Shown here in pieces: positions 49,501-59,750 of a stretch of 64,000 nucleotides of DNA. Under the pieces are notes generated by a model that saw only the letters and a program-made list of their open reading frames with translations, was not told the origin of the DNA and ran no database searches. Position 1 is the first letter of the stretch, and every line of letters begins with the position of its first letter. Origin of the DNA: Laetmonice hystrix (taxonomy: Eukaryota); assembly GCA_965235115.1 (NCBI GenBank), contig OZ249452.1, forward strand, positions 16,306,001-16,370,000, read 5' to 3'. A program made the position numbers and the translations under genes.

Positions 49501-52500
49501 GGCCAGAGAGCAACTTTTTCGACTTAAAGTTAAACCGTGCCGTTATGTGAGACAATTTTTCGAGCTAAGATGGCGAATTCCATCCAAGATATCCCTTTTC
49601 TACTGACAATCTACGTTTATCTTTTCGACCAACGAATTTGACTGATTTACAGTAGGGCTAAGCGGGAACTAAAGAAGAATGTAAGTAAATAAGAGATGTT
49701 GAGAGTAGGTGTGCCATCCACGGTTGTTGATAGACACACTCATTTGTATAGATTTCGTCTTGATGCTGTGCGTGTTGGAGGCTGGCAAGCTGCTAAGTGA
49801 AAACAACCGGCCGTATCATATCGCATTCTCGAATGTTCTCTACCCACCGGTGGGATACTATACATCAAGATACCCCCTCCCCCGCCCTAAGCAAGCTTGC
49901 TATTGGGCAAAATGTCCCCAACCCCCCTCATGTAGTGCGCACAGTGGTACATAAAGGGTGATGCATGCCTGGTTTTCTTTCTGCACGTTCAACATTGAAA
50001 CCTACACGGTACCTTCATGTTATGAACGTTTTGTAATGGTTTAGTAATTCCACCCGATTGGAAAGAAACTGAAATTTATCTACAGTTTAGACAGCGTTCG
50101 TATTTGATCTATAGTCGCCATAGAAACCCAATAACGACAATGTCTGTAAGGTGTTGTGATGGAGTCAGATATCAGTGTCGTGAGAGGGGAACAAAGTGGC
50201 ACTCTAATGCCGTGGACAGGCGTCACTCTAAATCACCGACTAGTAATATATGTCGGCAGGTCACTGTTAACCCTGACCTTACCTGGCGAGAACTGCCCTG
50301 GGGGGTCCACCGATCTGATCCCCGCCACTGACACTTCACGTCGTCCCGGTGATACGGATGGAACGTTCGTCCACGCACTGTAATTTAAAGCTTTGGAAAT
50401 TGTCGCTGATTCTTTCAGTTGTGGTTTTGGCATTGAGCGATCCTGATGCAATGAAGTGGCCACCCACGGTTGATACCACACACATTTACGATGCACTAAG
50501 CCCCGCCTATATATGAAATAAATCACTGGAACGTTGGAATAGTAGATCTCTCATGATAACATTACACGAACGTTGGCAGTAAGACCTTAAAATCTATAGA
50601 TCTAGGCCTATAATTAGATCTAGGCCTAAATCGTATCATAAATCCTACCCTTAGTCCAAAACCTGCCCAAACACCTCATCTCTCAAAAATGTCTCTCCCT
50701 AGCCTTACCCCGTGGATATTTAACCACGGGGGGAGTAGGCCTAACTGAGAACGGGAGAACGATTGGATGTGCTATCGGTTGGTGAAACTCCCCGGCTATA
50801 CTGCGTATGTTGACGGCCACGCGATGCCCCTATTATCGCCCATGACGACACGTCATCAAGTGTGGCAGGCTTGATTCTCAGGTGTGTGCTAAAACCCGGT
50901 ACGCCAAAACTGGGCGGCGTTGGGAATGCCCTAGTTGACGTCTAGGGGGGGGGGGGTCTCCAATAGGTCTGCAGATTAAGTGTGTTCGAGGGGGGAAGGG
51001 GGTATTAACATTAGCATTGGTGTCTGTTCCCTTCGGTACGGTCGTCCATCACAAATGGACGACCCTTGTATTCAATCTGCTGCCCATTCAATTAAAGCAG
51101 GATACCTTCCCGAAATGAACCACGGAGGTCAAGAGGGCGCTGAAACGCGGGCTGTGGAGGGTGTGACAGTTGTATAGGGGTAGTTAATTTATTTCTACCG
51201 TCAGTGGGAACACCACTGGGCCGCCAGGGTAGGTTGCCATAGGCCAGGGCCTGGGGGTACTACCACACACGTACACCACCTCCACCACCAGACTACAGAC
51301 ACTAGTCCCTTCACCTGATATTTCTGATAATTAATTGACACGGACAACTGCTGTTTATGACTCATTAAACATTTATTTGATACAGCAGGTGACAGCGATT
51401 GACGACCTCAGATTTAGCCGTTTCCTGTGTGGGCTCCGCCGTGGATCTGACAGACTGATACAGTGTACAAAGTGTGAATGAAGAGACCCATCCTTGACTT
51501 TTCAATTGAAGCCAATTGAATGAATTAAGCGTCCCAACTTAAGCCTGTAAGCTTGTTAAGGCTCCATTTAGGCATTTGCTGTTCTTTACACAAGTGACCA
51601 TTCGATATGAGAGACTATTTCCCAGTTTTGCATTTCTGACTGACGTAATATGTTCAGAGTAACCAAAAAACTGTAGCCGGGGTGCCAGGAACGAAACGCT
51701 ACAATCTGTCAAAGTTTCCGCGAAGAGGTTATCCCCAGATCAGACGACTTAATAAATTCTTTCAAACATCAAAGACTTTGAGGGGGTCCGACCGTCAGGG
51801 AGTTGTCTATAATGGTGAGGCCGTGCACCTCTTGCCTCACCTACACCGACAACAACAGCTGTTTCACCTTGACAAGGCGTACATTCATGAATGTACTTGG
51901 TGTGGAGCTAGCAGGAAGGTCATTCATAAATCCAAAATTCTCGGTTACACGTCCGAAATACGATATTGGTAAGAGTTCGTCTTGCTGAAGGGTCCATAAC
52001 GTAAATTTGTTCACGTTCAGCGCTGAAGAATTTACAAAAACGTCTGTGTTTGAGAGGAACGGCAGGTATTGGAAGTATTTGCGGTTTGAGTCTCTGGTTT
52101 GTGGTCGGTGGCAGTTGTATTGTGGCCTGGTATATTCCCGCGGTTATTATAATACTATAGACCAGGGGTGATATCCACTTTGGGTGACCCCAAGGGTGAC
52201 TTGATAGTGTAGAGGTTCTCGTATAGACAAGAATCTCATTCAACGAGAGCGAGTGATAAGTAGATACTTATCTACTGATGGGATGCTATCAGCATCAAGA
52301 CAACAAAATAAAAAGAGAGGATGAAAAACAGAAGAATTATTGGTTGAAAAGGACAATACGCTGGACTTCTTTCGAATCCGGCATTTAGTTATTTTATCCT
52401 TTCACATAACAGCGTGATTTTATCTTTTTTAATTTTCATTCCTTATTTATTTATTCTTCATCATAATCCACCAAAAGTATCTATTTAATAATATTTTATT

Positions 52501-52515
52501 AACTTTGTTGTGCAG

Positions 52516-52778
52516 AACGACGGGCAATGACATTCTGGGTCTGGACATACCGGAAGAGCCGAACTTAGACCCTAACACCGTGTGCAAAACGTACCCGGAT
52601 CTTACGCCTGCGCAGTATGACTTGTGCCGGCGGTTTCCGGATGTGACGGCGTCTGCTATCCAGGGTATCCAGATCGCCGTTCACGAGTGCCAACACCAGT
52701 TTACACAACATCGATGGAACTGTTCAGCCCTCGAGAAGAAAAATAAAAATCCTCACTCCAGCCCGCTTCTTTCGCAAG
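52516..52778 (+). CDS. Wnt10: Wnt10 exon 2
   Basis: Acceptor ttgttgtgcag|A, donor CAA G|gtaagg; [62 protein letters not shown]...; NDIL, NTVC and [20 protein letters not shown] are Wnt10-type. Confidence 0.93.
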
Positions 52779-53307
52779 GTAAGGGTAAGCATTGGCCTAC
52801 TTTTATTTATTAATAAATTTTTACAAACCAGTTTTATGTAGGACCCATAGAATTGGGCCGACTTACAGAGAAAGAAGGCAGAGAGATTTGTTTGCACCAT
52901 CCGTTTTGGAGCTTTAAAATGACACAAAACCTGAAAGGTACTAGTATTATAATTGTTCAGTGATAGAGAACTTGTTCTCTTTTGATTACTTTTTGATTTT
53001 GTCATCACCTCAAGTTACGTAGGTCATAGCCAAGAGGATAACCAGAGTAGGTTATTGATATAGGGCCGTGCGCGGGGTTACTGTATCCCCCTTCCATCCA
53101 GAATGAATCAAGTAAAATATAGCCTTGGATTGCAGTTCCATTAGGCCTAAAGTAAATTTCAAAATTTCCCGGCATGCCCCTGGACAGCCCTAGCACCCCC
53201 CCCCCCCCCCCCCCCAGTTTATAACCCAACCCCCCTCAGAGGTTCCTGTAATAGGAGAAAGGAGAAAAATGGACTGAACCCCAAGGAGAACATGGGTGGC
53301 CTCGATA

Positions 53308-53736
53308 GGTTGGTGGGGTCGGAGTGAGAGGGTTGGAGGTTGGAGAAGTTGGTGGGGTCGGAGTGAGAGGGTTGGAGGTTGGAGAAGTTGGTGGGGTCGG
53401 AGTGAGAGGGTTGGAGGTTGGAGAAGTTGGTGGGGTCGGAGTGAGAGGGTTGGAGGTTGGAGAAGTTGGTGGGGTCGGAGTGAGAGGGTTGGAGGTTGGA
53501 GAAGTTGGTGGGGTCGGAGTGAGAGGGTTGGAGGTTGGAGAAGTTGGTGGGGTCGGAGTGAGAGGGTTGGAGGTTGGAGAAGTTGGTGGGGTCGGAGTGA
53601 GAGGGTTGGAGGTTGGAGAAGTTGGTGGGGTCGGAGTGAGAGGGTTGGAGGTTGGAGAAGTTGGTGGGGTCGGAGTGAGAGGGTTGGAGGTTGGAGAAGT
53701 TGGTGGGGTCGGAGTGAGAGGGTTGGAGGTTGGAGA
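53308..53736. repeat. 39-bp G-rich minisatellite, ~11 copies, Wnt10 intron 2
   Basis: GGTTGGTGGGGTCGGAGTGAGAGGGTTGGAGGTTGGAGAAG-type unit; essentially identical copies. Confidence 0.96.
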
Positions 53737-54699
53737 AAATTGCGCAGTTCTCCGTCTAGTATATATCTGAACAATCATTAGACCATCTTGTCGTCGGTTG
53801 CCAAGTGACATTCTCACGAAATAGAGGTTCGGGACAGGGATAGGGATTAGAGACAGGGGTAGGGATTAGGGACACAGACAGGGATTAGGGACATGGATAA
53901 GTTTTTAGAGGGGTCTGAGTACTCGGGTTTGGGGGCTGCATGGTCAGTTTTAGTCTAGGCAGGACGTTTAGATTTTTAGTGTTTAACTCCCTCAATTTCA
54001 TGGAAAAGTTACCATGGGGAAGGACATGGATCTGATGAGAGCAGGTTCCTATAGCTTGCCTCATTAGAGGCGGCGGCACGCCCTGCACCCACCCAGTCAG
54101 CGTCAACTCGTCACTCACCGCTAATTGTGCTCGGAGACCGCCGCCCCGTGCACCTCTCGGTTCCCGACCGGCCCGCCAGCCGTTCCGCCCGACTCCTGTC
54201 TGACGGACACCCCGGCTGACGTCCCGGCGGGATCCGGGGCAGTGTGGCCCGGTGGCCTCCACTCACCGCCCGGGCCAGGGTGGGACCTGACAGCCGGCTG
54301 GTGGTGAAACGGTCTGGTATAGCAATCTGCGATAGTTTGTCTTTTCCCGCGTGTGTTGATCTTGGACCTTATAATTATGGGGGCCCAGTCGGGACCTGAT
54401 GCTCGCAATGAGAACCCCAGGTGTTGGGCATCATTTAGGGCTCGTTTTGATACCCCCGACCACCCCACCCCTCCCAGCGCCCCGGTCTACCGCGGAGTGA
54501 GGCTCTCACCGCCCCCAATAACACACCCGCAAACATACCTGATATAAGGTCAGGGACGAAGGACTCGTATGGTATTATACAATATCCGAGAAGATGGGAT
54601 CTATAACTACAAAAATGTATTTTGTTTTTGTCCCAAACTATTTGATTATGGAATCTTTGAGGGAAAAGAAGAGAGAAGAAAGCAGAGTCCGACATTAAA

Positions 54700-55082
54700 A
54701 GCTATGAATGAGAGTCACCGTGCACTCGAGATGAGTCGACATTCCCAGCTAAACATTAAAGGCCATGCTATGAATGAGAGTCACCGTGCACTAGAGACGA
54801 GTCCACATTCCCAGCTAAACATTAAAGGCCATGCTATGAATGAGAGTCACCGTGCACTAGAGACGAGTCCACATTCCCAGCTAAACATTAAAGGCCATGC
54901 TATGAATGAGAGTCACCGTGCACTAGAGACGAGTCCACATTCCCAGCTAAACATTAAAGGCCATGCTACGAATGAGAGTTACCGTGCACTCGAGACAAGT
55001 TCACATTCCCAGCTAAACATTAAAGGCCATGCTATGAATGAGAGTCACCGTGCACTCGAGACGAGTCCACATTCCCAGCTAA
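54700..55082. repeat. 66-bp tandem repeat, ~5.7 copies
   Basis: GCTATGAATGAGAGTCACCGTGCACTAGAGACGAGTCCACATTCCCAGCTAAACATTAAAGGCCAT. Confidence 0.93.
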
Positions 55083-55112
55083 GTCAGCTTGAATTACAAA
55101 GTAAATTCGACC

Positions 55113-55442
55113 TGTTATATTGCAACATATGCCAAATAGAGGTCGTGATATTGCAACAGGTACCAAATAGAGGTCGTTATATTGCAACAGGTACCAAATA
55201 CAGGTCGTTATATTGCAACAGGTACCAAATACAGGTCGTTATATTGCAACAGATGCCAAAAAGAAGGCCGTTATATTGCAACAGGTACCAAATAGAGGTC
55301 GTTATATTGCAACAGATGCCAAATAGAGGTCGTTATATTGCAACAGGTGCCAAATAGAGGTCGTTATCTTGCAACAGGTACCAAATAGAGGTCGTTATAT
55401 TGCAACAGGTGCCAAATAGAGGTCGTTATATTGCAACAGGTG
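55113..55442. repeat. 31-bp tandem repeat, ~10 copies
   Basis: AAATAGAGGTCGTTATATTGCAACAGGTACC, period 31. Confidence 0.93.
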
Positions 55443-56065
55443 CACAACAGAAGTGTTAGTCATATCAAGACACTTCACACATTGCCGGGATTCTTGAGTT
55501 TTGACAGGCGTTTGTCGGACGACGACAAACACTTGGTGAAATCAAGTCGTAAACACAAGTCGCAAACATCAGTCACAAACACCGTTTTTTGACAGGTTGT
55601 TTAATCTACGTGATCACATTTTACATGAGTATTATGTGTGTATGAGGCACCTACCATACAGGAACGGTTTAAAAGTTTGTGTTTTTTTTTAATCTGGAAT
55701 TCTTTCAAATGGTTTGACTTTGCCGCTGTCCCTTTCTCCAGCACACAAGACGAAGTATCAAAAATTTTGTAGGCCATTTCATTGATCATTTTAGTAATGT
55801 TTAACATTCTTAGCAGCATTTACTTAAGTGTCGATCTTGTAACGCCTGTATGTATATAGTGTGTCTATTGCAGATTGCCTTGTCTGATGTAATTACCATT
55901 TATGGCATGAATAGAGGTCTAATGATGGCGTCTTATACCTCACGATATTATATAATTCTTTTTGTCCAACGAAAGTCTTGTCATCACCCCATTCATCAAC
56001 TGATCAATTATTATGTTTAATTTTATTTTATTTATTAATTGATTAAAGTGTCCCTTATATTGCAG

Positions 56066-56328
56066 GGTTCAAGGAGACGGCCTTTGCGTACGCTGTCTCT
56101 AGTGCGGGAGTTAGTACCCAGGTGGCGCGAGCGTGCAGTCTGGGTAAGTTGGCAGCGTGTGGCTGTCAACCACACCTTGACACCAGCAGCAATTCGTGGA
56201 AGTGGAAAGGATGCAATCACAACATTCAGTTCAGTGATGAATTCGCCAGAAAGTTTCTCGATTCCAAAGAAAGCGCAAAAGATCTACAATCACAAATAAA
56301 TTTACACAACAACAGAGTTGGAAGACTG
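56066..56328 (+). CDS. Wnt10: Wnt10 exon 3
   Basis: Acceptor tatattgcag|GG, donor CTG|gtgagt; (G)FKETAFAYAVSSAGVSTQVARACSLGKLAACGCQPHLDTSSNSWKWKGCNHNIQFSDEFARKFLDSKESAKDLQSQINLHNNRVGRL (87 full codons). Confidence 0.93.
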
Positions 56329-57509
56329 GTGAGTTGAGTCGTGGATAAGGTTTGCATTAATTATGTATATTTTTAAATATCATGGCAGAGCGGGCATTCT
56401 TCATCGATTTACGCATCAAAAGTCTTCAAGGATTATATTTATTAAATTCCTTTCAAATGTCCCTTTTGATGTCTATTATATAGCTGACCATGATAGCATG
56501 GTTCAAATTAAATTTTTATTTCAAAACAAATTGTAGCAAATGAGTCTTGAGTCTTCCCACCAGCAGACGTACCCGTTAAATCAAACGACGTCAGACCCGA
56601 TGTAGTTTGTTCCTTATATACGAGAAGATTGTCTCGTAAAAGCAGTTCGCCCGGTGTGGCCTACCACCATGAGGTAGTACGCCGGGGAATTGTTCCCGGC
56701 AGCCGAGGACTCGAGTAGTGTTGAGTTCGTCTCGGAGATAGAGAACTCCCGTCGTGGATATCGACATTCCGGATCTCTCGGCGTCAAAACAAAACCACAT
56801 GACGTGTTCTGTTTGTACCGCCTCAACCGACCCAACCCCCCGGCACATTCAACCACACATGAAATCGATTATTCGCCTTCAGTTCGGATATTAATTACAG
56901 CATGTAAGAGCGGGTCTGACTTTGATCAGAGACCGAGACCGACCGAGCAGCCAGGACCGGGCGGGGTGAGGCTGGGAGTCGGCCGGGCAGACCCGGAGAA
57001 AACGAGGAACGAGTCGTGGTGAAATTGAAGGTGACGTGGTAGTCTGTGGTGGCCGTCCGAGTTTAAGAGGATAATATCACTACTTACCAACACCCGGTGT
57101 AGGGTTTCTAGTGGGGTGGGGGTGGGGGTGGGGTGAGGGTGTGAGGGTGAGAAGGATCTGACGTCAGGGTGGGGTGGCTGCCCGGCCCGCAGGCCCGACT
57201 CTCACGGTCCGCCTCAGGAGCGTATATCGAGTGAGCTATGGGTCCGAGTGGTGGTCGTGCTGGATTGGTGGTTTATTATGCCTTAATAATTGTACTCATT
57301 ATGGCGGTATAATTGCACGTTTAACTCCGCAGCGGATGCTAAATGAATTAATGTAGGGAGGACGTGATTTGAAACACCTCCATGGACACATCGCCATGGT
57401 TGATGGGCCACGCATCTTTATTTACAGATTATAGAAGATGATAAAATATATTTTATAACTTAATGAGAACAAAATAACCTAGAAGATCTTTCTCAAACTA
57501 AGTGTTGTC

Positions 57510-57700
57510 GTTACCTGTATTGGTGTATAATGAAGTGCAGTTTTGGAGAGGTACTATAGTCTACCTTGGCCCGGTACGATAAGAGGGATATTGTAAGACT
57601 AAAGACCTCTACTCTTGAAGGCCCAGCCCGAATAACGACAAAATTGCCCCCTGTATGAATCAGCCTTACCAATAATATAATCTGTAACCTGGAGTTCAAA
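57510..57700 (+). mobile_element. Possible decayed 3' end of a CR1/L2-like LINE ORF2
   Basis: Frame-broken reading W-P-RYDKRDIVRLK...LEGPARITTKL resembles the WSP.YKKDI..LE.VQRRATKL segment of LINE ORF2; by eye only. Confidence 0.3.
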
Positions 57701-58585
57701 TAATCACCAATTATGGAGAAAAATAAACAAACAAAAAACGCGCAGACACCAGTGGCATCTCAAGAGTTTCACCTCGGCCAAATCTTATACATTTTGTCAA
57801 CAACGCCATTCAACGGTTCGCGCTGTTTCGAAATTTAAACTCTGTGGGCTGTCCTACTATTTCATTGTCCTCATAGGCTACAGGCGAGTGTATGATCACT
57901 ATATTTATACGTCATATATAGCTTGGGGTGAAAGGTATGTTATCTCATCGCTATATATTCGGGCTGCCCCTTTAAATTTGATTCTGAACCAGTTTTAAGT
58001 TTGAGAGAACTTTCTGATGAAGACCCAGGGAAGATTCCATTTAACTTGTTTAACTTTTCCTGACTAGATTCATCAATAGGAACAGATTCTCTCTCTAAAT
58101 TTCTAATTTCAAAATTTAAGGCTCTGTAGCCTCCCAGCCTTGCCTCAACCTAATTGCTAATGGGTCCACACACAAAAACTAGGCAGAGCGTCGCAAAGAC
58201 ATACTTGAGGTTCACAATGCAAGGGAACTGGAAGCACAAGCACGCCATCTGGTGATAGAGAAACATATTACTGACGGATACGAATAGTGCCCTCTGTTGA
58301 AAACCCGGAAAATCGATGCTGCCACCTGTCGGCTCCCCTAGATACTTCGCTGCCAAAGTAGTCTCGATCACCAGCCCTTTTGACCGCTAGAGGCCGCTCA
58401 TCGCTCGAAAAGCTTGCGGATAGGAGGACTGGTGGTCCAGTCTACAATGACAATGGTGCAGGATTTTGAACATTTAGATTTCTACGATTGGTGGAACCAT
58501 TCCACTTGAACCATCAAGTCCATACCAATGACCTGTAACGTATACGAGAGTTACAATAATTTGTTCTCGACTCTTGTATATGCAG

Positions 58586-58732
58586 GTTGTACGCAAGAAC
58601 GTACGACCGCTGTGTAAGTGCCATGGCATGTCGGGAAGTTGTGAACTGAAAACCTGCTGGAAGGCGGCGCCACCGTTCCGACAAGTCGGAGATGTCCTCA
58701 AGAGGAAGTTTAGGCACGCTACAAAGGTACAG
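58586..58732 (+). CDS. Wnt10: Wnt10 exon 4 containing the lipidation motif
   Basis: Acceptor gtatatgcag|GTT; [49 protein letters not shown]; donor CAG|gtactt (alternative in-frame donor 6 nt upstream). Confidence 0.9.
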
Positions 58733-59426
58733 GTACTTAAATCACGGTGTTTTACTGATTTCTCATCTGAACAAGGGGGCAAGAGGGGCCTTACCCTACG
58801 GTAACATTCTCACGATAGAGTCTATAAGTGATAGGGGCTCGCGTTAAGGATCGGATAGGACCCCTATNNNNNNNNNNNNNNNNNNNNNNNNNNNNNNNNN
58901 NNNNNNNNNNNNNNNNNNNNNNNNNNNNNNNNNNNNNNNNNNNNNNNNNNNNNNNNNNNNNNNNNNNNNNNNNNNNNNNNNNNNNNNNNNNNNNNNNNNN
59001 NGAGAGGGGAAGGTCTGGGGACTGGGAGTAGAGGTTAGGATAATGTCTGTGTCAAGGAATATTAATCGTCCTAAATTTGTAGTTCTTAACGCTATATTTT
59101 CTGGAAATGTTACCATAGGGTGAAGGCGATATAGCTAGGGGCGGAGAAGATACTGAATCTGATTCCTGAAGGTCAGCTAGCCGGGAATTAAAGTGAAAAC
59201 TATAACTTTTCCAAAATTTCCAGCAGGTCCTTGAGATAAAAAAGTAAATGTTAACGGTCCGAGTTAAACGCCTCTCTTGGAACTTGACCCTTTCAAAACT
59301 CGAACCTTTATCACTTTGGTAATCTTCTTCTTACCGATTACAGAATGATAGCGGAGAGAAACCTGAGCTGCTGTACTATAAAAAATTGAGATGACAATAG
59401 TTCCTCCCTGCTGGTTTTGTTTCCAG

Positions 59427-59750
59427 GTCGACAATACGAACGCAGCCAAGGGAAGACTCAAGCCAGTGCGCAAGCGCAGACGGCGCCCGCATCCCATGGA
59501 CTTGGTTTATTTTGAAAAATCGCCGAATTTCTGCGAACCGGACCCGACGGTCGACTCTCATGGGACGCAGGGCAGGATTTGTAACAAAACGAGCCTCGAT
59601 ATCGATAACTGTGAGACGTTATGTTGTGGCCGTGGTTACAACACGCTCAAAGTGACGCGTACGGAACGCTGTCACTGCCGGTTCCATTGGTGTTGTTACG
59701 TCATCTGTAAGAAATGTACCTTCAGTGATTGGGTGACGGTCTGTAAGTGA
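59427..59750 (+). CDS. Wnt10: Wnt10 exon 5 (terminal)
   Basis: Acceptor ttttgtttccag|GTC; [37 protein letters not shown]...CCGRGYN...[28 protein letters not shown]; FHWCCYV.C and W..VCK* are Wnt10-type. Confidence 0.93.
   Translation, partial: VDNTNAAKGRLKPVRKRRRRPHPMDLVYFEKSPNFCEPDPTVDSHGTQGRICNKTSLDIDNCETLCCGRGYNTLKVTRTERCHCRFHWCCYVICKKCTFSDWVTVCK

Larger units (their letters stand above)
2464..59001. other. Six N-gaps: 2464-2608, 17115-17423, 24471-24644, 30044-30291, 45026-45272, 58868-59001
   Basis: Runs of n, all intronic or intergenic; none interrupts a predicted coding exon. Confidence 0.99.

Noticed and set aside
53190-55357. ORFs over the 39-, 66- and 31-bp repeats (e.g. 262-aa MNESHRALETSPHSQLNIKGH)
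   Set aside because: Repeat-derived, intronic, with no splice or start context linking them to a gene.
24675-58040. Hammerhead ribozyme cores at CTGATGA matches (24680, 54032, 58014)
   Set aside because: No stem II followed by GAAA and no closing stems.
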